Below, in pieces: positions 38,547 through 47,732 of a stretch of DNA of 64,000 nucleotides. This stretch comes from an uncultured Verrucomicrobiae bacterium. GTDB taxonomy: Bacteria; Verrucomicrobiota; Verrucomicrobiia; Opitutales; JABDGR01. Position numbers and translations under genes: made by a program. The notes beneath the pieces are model-generated. The model did not search any database. It was not told where the DNA came from and saw only the letters and a list, made by a program, of their open reading frames with translations. The stretch is taken from the NCBI GenBank assembly GCA_963765205.1, contig CAVXVB010000005.1, forward strand, positions 576,001 through 640,000, in the 5' to 3' direction. Positions within the stretch are counted from its first letter, which is position 1, and every line of letters begins with the position of its first letter.

Positions 38547-39488
38547 ATGCCCCCACCCCGCGTTTTATTTTTCGGTTACAGCGAGGTCGGTTACGCCACC
38601 CTCGAATTGTTGCTCGCGCGCGGCGTAGCGGTGGCGGGCGTCTTTACCCACGCCGACGATGGACAAGAGACCCAATGGTTCCGCTCGGTGCCCAAACTGG
38701 CGGCGGAACGCGGGCTGCCGGTCTTCACGCCGGATTCCCTGAAGGACCCGGCGTGGGTGGACAAAGTCCGCGCGCTGCGGCCCGACCTGATTCTTTCGAT
38801 GTATTATCGGAACATGATTCCGACCCGCCTGCTCGACCTCGCGCCGCTGGGCGCGTTCAACATGCATGGCTCCTACCTGCCACGCTACCGCGGGCGTGCG
38901 CCGCTCAACTGGGCCATCATTCATGGTGAAGACCACACCGGCGTCTCGCTGCACGTCATGGTCAAGGAGGCCGACGCCGGCGACCTCGTGGACCAGGAAA
39001 AAATTCCCATCGGGCCGGACGAGCCGGTTACGACGGTGCTGCCGCGCGTGCGCGAAGCAGCAGTCAGCGTCCTCGGCCGGCAACTCGACGCCCTGCTGGC
39101 CGGCCGCGCCCCGCGCACGCCCCAAAACCACGCCCTCGCCACCTATTTCGGCAAACGCACCCCCGAAGATGGCCGTCTGGACTGGAACCGCCCGGCCCGC
39201 GAAGTTTTCAACCTAATCCGCGCCGTCACCCGGCCCTTTCCGGGCGCGTTTACCGACGTTAGCCGGGGCGGCCAACTTAACCGACTGGTGGTTTGGTGGG
39301 GGCGACCCTTGGCTGGCACCCATCCGACCGTGCCCCCGGGCAGGATAGTGAAGATCAACCCCTTAACTATATCGTGCGGCCAGGGGGCATTGATGGAACT
39401 TTCTGATTTTGAGTGGGTTAATCTCGAAAACCACCTGAAGCCAGCATCTCCACCGACACTCCAAGTCGGCGAGAATCTGGCTGGTTAA
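38547..39488 (+). CDS. Stand-alone formyltransferase (ArnA N-terminal domain-like)
   Basis: VFTHADD, YYRNMI, FNMHGSYLPRYRGRAPLNWA, ADAGD, LIRAVTRPFPGAF. Confidence 0.88.
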   Translation: MPPPRVLFFGYSEVGYATLELLLARGVAVAGVFTHADDGQETQWFRSVPKLAAERGLPVFTPDSLKDPAWVDKVRALRPDLILSMYYRNMIPTRLLDLAPLGAFNMHGSYLPRYRGRAPLNWAIIHGEDHTGVSLHVMVKEADAGDLVDQEKIPIGPDEPVTTVLPRVREAAVSVLGRQLDALLAGRAPRTPQNHALATYFGKRTPEDGRLDWNRPAREVFNLIRAVTRPFPGAFTDVSRGGQLNRLVVWWGRPLAGTHPTVPPGRIVKINPLTISCGQGALMELSDFEWVNLENHLKPASPPTLQVGENLAG

Positions 39489-39674
39489 TTGGTCTGCCCA
39501 AACGGATGATCGGTGATGGCGAATTGCGCCATTTATGCGCGAAAGGGCTGGATGGGGCAAAATTTATCAAGATCTTGTTAATTTTTTGCTTAACTTCCCA
39601 ACGTAAGCGCCGATGCGAAATGATAGAAAGGTTGGGCTGTTGCCTAACGCCGACAAGATTCAACCCCCAAATCC

Positions 39675-40184
39675 ATGTATAACGTGACCACCACCACCCC
39701 CGACATGAAAGGGATCAGTCGCATTGATTCCGGCTCGACCCATGGCTGGTTTGTCCGCGCCTACAAAAACGGCAAAACCTATTCGAAGCTGTTCAGCGAC
39801 GGCAAATGGAAAGGCTCCGTCCCCGCGCTGGGCTCCGCCCGCCTGCACCGCGAATCGCTGCTCGACCGGCTCGCGAAAGTGCCCACCAAGCCCCGGGGCC
39901 GCCGCATCGTGTTCCGCGACTCGCGCAACACCACCGGCGTGCTCGGCGTCTCGCGCAGCGTCAAGCGCACGCCCGCCGGCGTGGTCAGCGAATCCTACGC
40001 CGTGACCTGGCGGCCCGAACCCGGTATGCAGAAATGCACCTCGTTCTCCATCAACAAATACGGGGAAGACCGCGCCTTCAAACTCGCCGTTGCGTTCCGG
40101 CTGAAAAAGCTGCGCGAAATCCACGGCCACTCCGTCGCCCGCAAGCTCAAAGGCCTCATCGAGGAAAAAGGGATCGCGGTGTGA
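39675..40184 (+). CDS. Tandem AP2-domain putative DNA-binding protein
   Basis: Two AP2-like units: KGISRID..HGWFVR...KLFSD...AL..AR and NTTGVLGVSR...YAVTW...SFSINKYGEDRAFKLAVAFR. Confidence 0.8.
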   Translation: MYNVTTTTPDMKGISRIDSGSTHGWFVRAYKNGKTYSKLFSDGKWKGSVPALGSARLHRESLLDRLAKVPTKPRGRRIVFRDSRNTTGVLGVSRSVKRTPAGVVSESYAVTWRPEPGMQKCTSFSINKYGEDRAFKLAVAFRLKKLREIHGHSVARKLKGLIEEKGIAV

Positions 40185-40201
40185 AGAAGTTTTAAAGCGG
40201 G

Positions 40202-40864
40202 CTACGCGATCAATCTCTCCACAAACGCCCGTCGGTCGGGGGCGTGGAAATAGGCGGTGCCGCAGACAAAAGTGTCCGCGCCTTCGGCCTTGCAGAGCAG
40301 GCCGGTGATGTCGTCCACGCCGCCGTCCACTTCGAGGCGGAAAGCGAGGTTTCGCTCCGCGCGCCACTTCGATAATTGCGCGATTTTGGCCAGCACCGAG
40401 TGGTCGAAGGGCTGGCCGCCGAAGCCCGGCTGCACGGTCATCGCCAGCACATTGTCCACCTGGGCCAAGAACGGCTCGACCGCCGACGCGGGGGTGCGCG
40501 GGTTCAAGGCGAGGCCGCATTTCAGGCCCAGTGCGCGGATGCGGGCGAGCGTCGCGGCCACCGGATAATCCGGCTCGACGTGGATGGTGATTTGCTGCGC
40601 GCCGGCGCGGGCAAACGGCTCGATGTAACCCTGCGGGTTGTCCAGCATCAGGTGCGTGTCGAAAAAGAGCCGGCACAACGGGCGCAAATCCGCCAACACC
40701 TGCGGGCCGAAGGACAGGTTTGGCACGAAGTGCCCGTCCATGATGTCGAGGTGCAGCCAGGTCAGGCCCGCCTCGGCCACAGCGAGGCAGCCCTCGGCCA
40801 GCCGGCCATGATTGGACGCCAGCAACGAAGGCACGACCACGGGCGGATGGGGGCTGGTGCTCAT
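40202..40864 (-). CDS. rpe: Ribulose-phosphate 3-epimerase
   Basis: PSLLAS, HLDIMDGHFVPNLSFG, DTHLM, MTVQPGFGGQ, EVDGG. Confidence 0.97.
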   Translation of the reverse strand: MSTSPHPPVVVPSLLASNHGRLAEGCLAVAEAGLTWLHLDIMDGHFVPNLSFGPQVLADLRPLCRLFFDTHLMLDNPQGYIEPFARAGAQQITIHVEPDYPVAATLARIRALGLKCGLALNPRTPASAVEPFLAQVDNVLAMTVQPGFGGQPFDHSVLAKIAQLSKWRAERNLAFRLEVDGGVDDITGLLCKAEGADTFVCGTAYFHAPDRRAFVERLIA

Positions 40865-40913
40865 GGGACGGAAAAAGTGCTGGCTTGAGGGAGAAAATTC
40901 TCGTGCAAGTTGG

Positions 40914-41204
40914 TTACCATTCGCGACGGGCACCATGCCGGATATGCAATATCTCCACAAGCCGCTTTTTCGGCGAAACTCTGTAGAAAATCCGGTAATT
41001 CCAGCAAAGCACCTCGCGAATTTCCCCCAATTGCGCGTCTCCATGGCGCGGGCCAATCAGGGGAAATGCCGCCAGCACCTCGACCGTCGCGATGATGTCC
41101 TGGCCAATCCGCCCGGCGGCTTCGGCATTATCCCGGGCAATGTAGGCGACAATTTCGCGCAGGTCGCCAATCGCCGGCTCTGTCCAGATTACCTTGCATT
41201 CCAT
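40914..41204 (-). CDS. RelE/ParE-family toxin
   Basis: KVIWTEPAIGDLREIVAYIARDN...FPLIG...NYRIFYRV...VEILHIRHGAR. Confidence 0.9.
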   Translation of the reverse strand: MECKVIWTEPAIGDLREIVAYIARDNAEAAGRIGQDIIATVEVLAAFPLIGPRHGDAQLGEIREVLCWNYRIFYRVSPKKRLVEILHIRHGARREW

Positions 41205-41374
41205 GCGGCAAAAAGGAGTTTAACTTCCTCGTGCGAGCGAGTGTGACCGGCGTCGGCGGCCTCGACCCCGCGCCGCAAGGCAGCGAGAATTATTACTTCC
41301 TCGGAGATGGCCTCGACGGAAGCGTCCTCCGGCAATTGCCGAACCCGCTCCAGCACCATTTGCTTGTCGCTCAT
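41189..41374 (-). CDS. Putative antitoxin of RelE/ParE module
   Basis: 61 aa, QLPEDASVE...RGVEAADAGHTRSHEEV...W; overlaps toxin start. Confidence 0.8.
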   Translation of the reverse strand: MSDKQMVLERVRQLPEDASVEAISEEVIILAALRRGVEAADAGHTRSHEEVKLLFAAWNAR

Positions 41375-41420
41375 GCGGGGGATTCTCCAAAATTCCGTCC
41401 TGGCTCACAAGCCAAAATCC

Positions 41421-41951
41421 TCACCAGGTGGACACGACTTCGTCCTTGATTTTGACGCCGAGGTCGCGCGCGAGTTTGGCGATGCTCTGGTATTCGGATT
41501 CGCCGAAATCCACGTTGTTTTGCACAAAGGCCTCTTCGGTCACGGAGACCGGGCGATCTTTGAAGTAAACTTTGCCGTTCCGGTTGTCCACCAGCTTGCA
41601 TTGCGCGGTGAGCGTCAGCGTATAGGATTGTGCATTGAGCGTGTTGCCCAACTGCACCGCGGCGGCGCTGCGTTCGTAATTGGTGAGAACGACTTCGAGC
41701 GTCACATCCGCATCGGCCTGGCTGGCCTGGCGCAAATTGCCCTCCTGCAAGAGGGTTTGGCGCACCTCGCGGGTCACCGGCTCCTCGACTTGGGCGGCCA
41801 GGGATTGGTTTTTGACGACGGCGACGTAGATGGACTGGAAGTCGAGCTGGCCCGCCGAGCCGAGGGTGTAGTGCGCGCACCCGGCCAGCAGGCCCACGCC
41901 AAGCAGCACCGTCCCAACAAGAAAGAATATTTTGAGCCGGAGCAGGGGCAT
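41421..41951 (-). CDS. lptE: LPS assembly lipoprotein LptE
   Basis: Lipobox LAGC followed by AHYTLG; downstream of bamD-like gene. Confidence 0.8.
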   Translation of the reverse strand: MPLLRLKIFFLVGTVLLGVGLLAGCAHYTLGSAGQLDFQSIYVAVVKNQSLAAQVEEPVTREVRQTLLQEGNLRQASQADADVTLEVVLTNYERSAAAVQLGNTLNAQSYTLTLTAQCKLVDNRNGKVYFKDRPVSVTEEAFVQNNVDFGESEYQSIAKLARDLGVKIKDEVVSTW

Positions 41952-41981
41952 GAAGTAAACGGGTGGGTGCCGGGTAATCGT

Positions 41982-43328
41982 TTAACGGAGAGCGGGGTTG
42001 CCTTTGGTGGACGGCGCAGCGGCCGGCGGCGTTTCCACGGGAAGCGGGCCCGCTTGCGGCACGGCGCTCGGCGTACCGGGCGCGGGCAGGAACGGCTCCA
42101 AATTCGTCGTGGGGGCCTCGACCATGCCACTGACCGTCTCAACTGTTTCGTCGCCGGGTTTTTCCTGGAAATCGCCCTCCGCCGGCTGGGCGAAAGCTTC
42201 CTTCGCCAGGGTGTCAATGCGCTGCCCCTGCTCCTCGACGGGGCTGAGGGCGTGGTCGTTATACCGGCCAAAGAGCATGTCATAGGGGGTCATGGGTGGA
42301 GGCACGCCGCGGTTGATTTTGTCAATCTGCGCATGCGCCTCGCCGGCCGCGGGTGAATTGGGCGCGAAGGTGATGGCCTGGTTGTAAAACACGAGCGCGG
42401 CGCGGTTGCTGTTGCGGTAGTAATAAAAGAAGTCACCCAGCACTAATTGCGAGCGCGAGTAAACATCCAGGAGGTCATTGCGTTGCTTCTCCGCATCGGC
42501 GGCGTGCGCGCTGGCCTTGTAAAAGAACAGATAATCATCCAAGTAATGGATGGCCTGGCGCGTGGAGCCCTGGTCGTAAGAGGGGCCCACCACGAGGCTG
42601 GAGTAAACGTTGGCCAGCAAAAGGTAGGCGTCCGAGGCCAGCATGCTTTCGGGATGTTCGTTGACGAGGCGCTTAAGCGCGTCAATGGCCGTGGCCGCCG
42701 AATCGCCGGCGTCGAGGAAGCTTGCATTGCTGAGCGAAACGAGGGCGATTTTCATCAGGGCCATCGGCGCGTATTGGGTCGAGGGGGCGCTTTGGGCGAT
42801 GGACTCGTAATAATCGTTTGCCTTCATCGGGTTCTTGAACCACGGCAACCAGCCCCACAGGTAAGGCCGCTCCTTCGTCATCACATCGGCGACGTTAAAC
42901 TCCTGGCGGATGACCCCGTTGAAACTCGGATAATCGGGGTAGCGCTTGATGATGCGGTCGAAGCAATCAAACGCCGTCTCGAATTGGTGGCGTTGCAGGT
43001 AAATTAACCCTTCCTGAAACAACGCCTCGGGCGCGAACACCGAGCCGGGAAAATTGTTGATCACCTGATCGTATTGGGAGAGCGCGCTCCAATAATGGCC
43101 CGACACTTGTGCGTCCTTGGCTTTGTTCATCGCCTCGAGCGCGCTTTTCGACGCACCCATGTCGCCAAACAACGGCCCCAGCACACCGCCCTCGACCTTC
43201 CAGCCACCGTCGGGCGTCCACACGAGGTCGGCGCGCGCGCTCGGGCAGCCCAGCCACGTCGCCGCCACCGCGCACGCCAGAATAGCGGTCCAGCGGTGCA
43301 TCCCGCCATGTGAAAAATGCTTTGTCAT
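41982..43328 (-). CDS. bamD: BamD-like TPR outer-membrane assembly protein
   Basis: TPR repeats, PSYDQGSTRQAI...F motif; start overlaps fabH stop (ATGA). Confidence 0.75.
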   Translation of the reverse strand: MTKHFSHGGMHRWTAILACAVAATWLGCPSARADLVWTPDGGWKVEGGVLGPLFGDMGASKSALEAMNKAKDAQVSGHYWSALSQYDQVINNFPGSVFAPEALFQEGLIYLQRHQFETAFDCFDRIIKRYPDYPSFNGVIRQEFNVADVMTKERPYLWGWLPWFKNPMKANDYYESIAQSAPSTQYAPMALMKIALVSLSNASFLDAGDSAATAIDALKRLVNEHPESMLASDAYLLLANVYSSLVVGPSYDQGSTRQAIHYLDDYLFFYKASAHAADAEKQRNDLLDVYSRSQLVLGDFFYYYRNSNRAALVFYNQAITFAPNSPAAGEAHAQIDKINRGVPPPMTPYDMLFGRYNDHALSPVEEQGQRIDTLAKEAFAQPAEGDFQEKPGDETVETVSGMVEAPTTNLEPFLPAPGTPSAVPQAGPLPVETPPAAAPSTKGNPALR

Positions 43329-44317
43329 GAGTGCCATTTAATGAGCGTTGCGCCCCAGGTCAATCCCGCGCCGAAGGCCACCAGCACAATATAATCGCCG
43401 GGGTGGACGCGGCCCGCCGCGTGCGCCTCGTCCAGCGCCAGGGGAATCGAGGCCGCAGAGGTGTTGCCGTAGCGGTCAATATTGATGACAAAGCGCTCGA
43501 GGGGGATTTCGAGGCGCACGGCCAGCGCGTCGAGGATACGAATGTTGGCCTGGTGGGGGACGACGAGGGTGATTTGCGCCGCGGTGAGACCATGCTGTGC
43601 GAGCAAATCGCGGATGACCTGCTCCATCTCGCGCACGGCGATTTTGAAAACCTCCTTGCCGTTCATTTTCAAGAAATGTTTGCGCTCCTCAATGCTCGCG
43701 TGCGTCGGAGGGCAGGCTGAGCCGCCACCGGGTTGGAGCAGCAGGCGCGCCTCGCCGCCGTCGGTGTGCAGAATGCTGCCCAACACGCCAACGCCTGGCT
43801 CAGCGCTGCGCGTGAGCACGGCCGCGCCAGCGCCGTCGCCAAACAAGACGCATGTCGCGCGGTCCTGCCAGTCGAGCACCGCCGACATTTTTTCCGTGCC
43901 GACGAGGAGCGCGTTGCGATACGGCCCCGCGCGCACCAGCGCCGCGCCAATTTCCAAAATATACAAAAAACCCGAGCACGCCGCCGCCACGTCGAAGGCC
44001 GGCACCGGACGCAACCCGAGCTTGTGCTGCAATAAACAGGCGGTCGAAGGGAACAGCAAATCCGGTGTCATCGTGCCGACGATCAGCAAGTCCACGTCGG
44101 CGGGCGCGAGGCCGGCTTGGGCGAGCGCCTCGTGCGCGGCGGGCACGGCGAGGTCGGAGGGATTTTCGTCCGGCCCGGCGATGCGTCGCTCGCGGATGCC
44201 GGAGCGCGTGCGAATCCATTCATCCGAGGTCTCGACCAAGTGCGAAAGGTCGTCGTTCGTCAGCCGTTTCGCGGGCACGTGGGAACCGAGACCTTGGAGG
44301 ATAATCGAGGTGGGCAT
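43325..44317 (-). CDS. fabH: 3-oxoacyl-ACP synthase III
   Basis: ETSDEWIRTRSGI, AACSGF, LFGDGAGA, PHQANIRI, GNTSAAS, AFGAGLTWG. Confidence 0.98.
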   Translation of the reverse strand: MPTSIILQGLGSHVPAKRLTNDDLSHLVETSDEWIRTRSGIRERRIAGPDENPSDLAVPAAHEALAQAGLAPADVDLLIVGTMTPDLLFPSTACLLQHKLGLRPVPAFDVAAACSGFLYILEIGAALVRAGPYRNALLVGTEKMSAVLDWQDRATCVLFGDGAGAAVLTRSAEPGVGVLGSILHTDGGEARLLLQPGGGSACPPTHASIEERKHFLKMNGKEVFKIAVREMEQVIRDLLAQHGLTAAQITLVVPHQANIRILDALAVRLEIPLERFVINIDRYGNTSAASIPLALDEAHAAGRVHPGDYIVLVAFGAGLTWGATLIKWHS

Positions 44318-44380
44318 CGCGGAAAGGCGATAGGCTGAGGGAGGAAGGCTGAAAATGCAAGTGCAGGCTGGTTCCATCGT

Positions 44381-44794
44381 TTACCAAGGCGCGACCAACG
44401 AAATCGTCTGGCGTTGGTGACAGCGGTAAACCTGAAAATGACGGTCGAGCGTCCACACGCTGGCCTCGGGATGGAGTTCGGCCATGCGCACCAGACAGGC
44501 ATCGGCATAGGACATGGGCTGCTCGCGGTAGCGCCGCATCAAATCACGCACCTGATGATATTCACGGTGAAAATCAAAATTGCAGCACAGAAAGCCGGTT
44601 TCGACCAAGGCGAACAATGTCTCAGGCGGATACCCCTCCCGCTCAAGCAAAAAGAGTGCTTCCGTGATGACCGCTTCGCAGGAATAGACGGTGGAAGGTG
44701 CGTGCTTGGCCTGTTCAACCACCCAAGCGTGATGCTCCTCTTAGCTGACGAGAAAAGCAAGTAGCGGGCCGGTGTCCACCAACCAGATTTTCAT
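44381..44794 (-). pseudogene. PIN-domain (VapC-like) toxin with in-frame TAA at codon 18
   Basis: MKIWLVDTGPLLAFLVS*EEHHAW...CEAVITEA...MSYADACLV...WTLDRHF all in one frame; stop at 44741-44743. Confidence 0.85.
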
Positions 44795-45045
44795 TGGCCA
44801 AAGCCCTCAAGATATTTCGGGTTGGTGGCCAGGTCTTTGGGGCCGCCGCGACAGATTCCCGCGAGGTGCTTGATGCGATCATACCCGGATTTCTCCGGCT
44901 GCGCTTCCGCAGCAGGCGTAACTCCGTAGGCGCGCAATGCCTGCCGCACAAAGCTGCCCTGCGAAACACGCTCCCGCCGCGCGCGCCGCCGCAACGCGGT
45001 GATTTCGGCTTTCGAGATGCGGATGGAAAGGGTCTCGGTTTGCAT
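44791..45045 (-). CDS. Ribbon-helix-helix (CopG-like) antitoxin
   Basis: TLSIRISKAEITALRRRARRERVSQGSFVRQAL...GPKDLATNPKYLEGFG; stop overlaps toxin ATG. Confidence 0.85.
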   Translation of the reverse strand: MQTETLSIRISKAEITALRRRARRERVSQGSFVRQALRAYGVTPAAEAQPEKSGYDRIKHLAGICRGGPKDLATNPKYLEGFGQ

Positions 45046-45085
45046 GGATTTCATGCAAGACATATGCCGTAGAAAAGCAAGACAA
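45040..45085 (-). promoter_or_regulatory. Putative TA autoregulatory operator
   Basis: Palindrome TTGCATG-GATTT-CATGCAA and direct repeat GCAAGACA x2 at the antitoxin start. Confidence 0.45.
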
Positions 45086-46144
45086 TTACTTGCCGCCCGC
45101 CAGCTTGTCCAGGTCCGCGCGGATGGCGCCGGTGAGGTCGTGCGCAAGGGCCTCGCCGGCGATGCGGATGGCGCCGGCGATGTAGCCGCGCGTGCTCGAG
45201 CCGTGCGACTTGATGACGAGGCGGTTCAGCCCCAGCAGCGGCGCGCCGCCGAGCGACTCGGGGTTCAGCTCATGCAGCATGGCCCGGTAGGCGCCTTGCG
45301 AGAGCAGCGCGCCCGCGCTGCGCATGGGGTTGGCCTTTAGCTCGTCCTTGAGAAAGCCCTTGAGCATGAAGAAGCACGATTCGAGCGCCTTTAGCAAAAT
45401 GTTACCGGTGAAGCCGTCGCACACGACCACGTCCACCTCGTTGCGGAAAAGCTGGAAGCCCTCGACCGGGCCGCTGTAATTGAGCACGCCGTTCGCGCCT
45501 TTGAGCAAATCGTGCGCGGCGAGGATTTTCTCGCTGCCCTTGCCCTCCTCCGTGCCGATGGTGAGCAGGCCCACACGGGGCAGACTCATGCCAAGCGCGC
45601 AGTGCGCGTATTGATTGCCCAGGAGGGCGTTGTGCAAAAGATGCTGGGGCTCGCCATCGGGGTTGGCACCCGCGTCAATCAGCACGAAACGGTGCCCACG
45701 GCTGGGGATGACCGTGGCCAGTGCCGCGCGGTCAATGCCTTCCATCGGGCGCAGGCGCAGCGTGCCGCCGGCCATGAGCGCGCCGGTGTTGCCCTGGCTG
45801 AGCACCGCCTGCGCGCGGCCTTCCTTGACCAGTTCGATGGCCCGCACCATCGAGGAATCTTTTTTGTGCTTTAGCGCGGCAATCGGTTTTTCATCCATGC
45901 CGATGACTTCGGAGGCGTGGACAATTTTGACGCGGTCGTCATTGGCCAAGCCCTCGTCGCGAAGCAGCCGTGCGAGGGCCGGCTGGTCGCCCACCAGCAA
46001 AATGCGCGTGGGGGTGGATTCGCTCCGCAAGGCCAGCCGCACGCCGGCCACGACCTCGGCCGGGCCGTGGTCGCCGCCCATGGCGTCCACCGCCAGGATG
46101 TTGCCGGCACTGCTTGAAGAAGCCAGGCCTGGGTCTGCGCTCAT
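45086..46144 (-). CDS. plsX: Phosphate acyltransferase PlsX
   Basis: AVDAMGGDHGP, GNTGA, DAGAN, GTEEGKG, VVVCDGFTGN, KSHGSS. Confidence 0.97.
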   Translation of the reverse strand: MSADPGLASSSSAGNILAVDAMGGDHGPAEVVAGVRLALRSESTPTRILLVGDQPALARLLRDEGLANDDRVKIVHASEVIGMDEKPIAALKHKKDSSMVRAIELVKEGRAQAVLSQGNTGALMAGGTLRLRPMEGIDRAALATVIPSRGHRFVLIDAGANPDGEPQHLLHNALLGNQYAHCALGMSLPRVGLLTIGTEEGKGSEKILAAHDLLKGANGVLNYSGPVEGFQLFRNEVDVVVCDGFTGNILLKALESCFFMLKGFLKDELKANPMRSAGALLSQGAYRAMLHELNPESLGGAPLLGLNRLVIKSHGSSTRGYIAGAIRIAGEALAHDLTGAIRADLDKLAGGK

Positions 46145-46198
46145 GGCGTGGGGTAAGGGGGTTGCCGCCGCCGTCGGGGTCCGCCGCGCGCGGGGTGG

Positions 46199-46378
46199 TT
46201 AGACCTCGACATCAAGCACCTGCCGCCCGCGATACATGCCATTGGCGGGGTTGACGCGGTGGGGGAGGAAGGCGCTGCCGTCGGTCGGGTCCTTGGCCAG
46301 TTGCGGGGCCTTGAACCGGTTGGCGCCGCGCCGGAGGGCGCTGCGCCGCTTGGATTGCTTGCGTTTCGGATTAGCCAT
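46199..46378 (-). CDS. rpmF: 50S ribosomal protein L32 (not in ORF track)
   Basis: MANPKRKQSKRRSALRRGANRFKAPQLAKDPTDGSAFLPHRVNPANGMYRGRQVLDVEV; upstream of plsX. Confidence 0.95.
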   Translation of the reverse strand: MANPKRKQSKRRSALRRGANRFKAPQLAKDPTDGSAFLPHRVNPANGMYRGRQVLDVEV

Positions 46379-46486
46379 GGTGACAAAAGGTAAGAAGAAA
46401 AGGCCGGGGCGCAGAGGCGCGACCGGCCCGAAGGGCCAGACTGCCCGGCGCGCCGCCCGCGGTCAAGCCGGGAAAGCGGGGATTCC

Positions 46487-47635
46487 TCACCCCTTCATCA
46501 CCCAAAACACCGCCGCCGCCAGCGCGAGGCGATACCACGCGAATACCTCCAGGCCGCGTTGGGCGATCCAACTGACAAACCAGCGCACTGTGATTAGCGC
46601 CGCGAGGGTGGCCACCACGATGCCCAGCACCAGTGGCCCCATGGGCAACCCCGCGCGCAACTCCGCCAAATGGCCGACCGCCTCGTAGCCCGACGCCGCA
46701 GTCAGCGTGAGCAACCCGAGCAAAAACGAAAATTCTGCCGCGCGCGCCGGGCGCAAGCCGACCAGGTAGCCACCGACGATGGTCGTCATCGAACGGCTGG
46801 TGCCCGGCCACAACGACGCGCACTGGCACGCGCCGATGAGCAGAGCCTGTCGCCAGGACAATTCGTGCAATTCCGGCCCCAGCGTTTCCGTGACACCGAC
46901 CGTTTTTTTCCTACGCCAGCGTTCGGCGGCGAGCATCACCAACGCCCCGGCGACCAGCGCCGCCGCCACGGGTTGGTAGGAAAACAAATGCGCGTGAATC
47001 CACTTGCCGCCCACAAAGCCCAGCGCCGCCGCCGGCAAAAACGCCAGCACAAGATTGCGGAGCAGGAGCAACCCCTGCGGGTCGCTACCCGCCACCCCGC
47101 GCAGCAAACTCCACACCCGCCGCCAATATAAAACTAAAATCGCCGCAATTGGCCCGGCCTGCACCATCACATTGTAAACATCCACCGCGTCTTTCAGCGT
47201 CAGAAAGCCCGCGTTGGCGGAACTGCCCGGATTATCCACCCATTGCAAGACATGGTGCTGGCCGCTGCCGATGGGGTCCTCGTAATCAATGGACTTCTCA
47301 CCATGGCCGTTTAAGAGAATGATGGGCTGGCCGTTCGAATCGCGCAGCGGCATTTGCCGGTCCAACCCGAGGGCGTGCGTGGCGAGAATGGTGTGGCCGA
47401 TGGACGACACCGGCAAAAATTCCGTCGTGCCCTCGACCAGGCCGAGCACCGCGGCGTCGGTGTAGGTAAGGGGCGAAAGCACCACCACCGAGGTGGCCGA
47501 GGCATGCATATTGGACGTGTCCGGGCCAGCGGACGCCATCGATGTCGGCGGGGCCGAACTCTCGGCGCGGGCCGGCCGCCCGGCGGCGAGAGCAAGCAGG
47601 AGCGAACCAAAGAAAATGCGCCGCAGGGTATTCAT
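46487..47635 (-). CDS. uppP: Undecaprenyl-diphosphatase BacA/UppP with N-terminal extension and insertion
   Basis: LGLVEGTTEFLPVSSIGH, PGTSRS, AAEFSFLL, FAWYR. Confidence 0.92.
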   Translation of the reverse strand: MNTLRRIFFGSLLLALAAGRPARAESSAPPTSMASAGPDTSNMHASATSVVVLSPLTYTDAAVLGLVEGTTEFLPVSSIGHTILATHALGLDRQMPLRDSNGQPIILLNGHGEKSIDYEDPIGSGQHHVLQWVDNPGSSANAGFLTLKDAVDVYNVMVQAGPIAAILVLYWRRVWSLLRGVAGSDPQGLLLLRNLVLAFLPAAALGFVGGKWIHAHLFSYQPVAAALVAGALVMLAAERWRRKKTVGVTETLGPELHELSWRQALLIGACQCASLWPGTSRSMTTIVGGYLVGLRPARAAEFSFLLGLLTLTAASGYEAVGHLAELRAGLPMGPLVLGIVVATLAALITVRWFVSWIAQRGLEVFAWYRLALAAAVFWVMKG

Positions 47636-47732
47636 GTGTCCGCAAACATTGTGCGCCGCGCGCGAAGGGCAAGGAAAATTGCTTGTCCGCCTGCCGCCGC
47701 CGGACTATCCATTCATTACCCCGCCCTACCCC

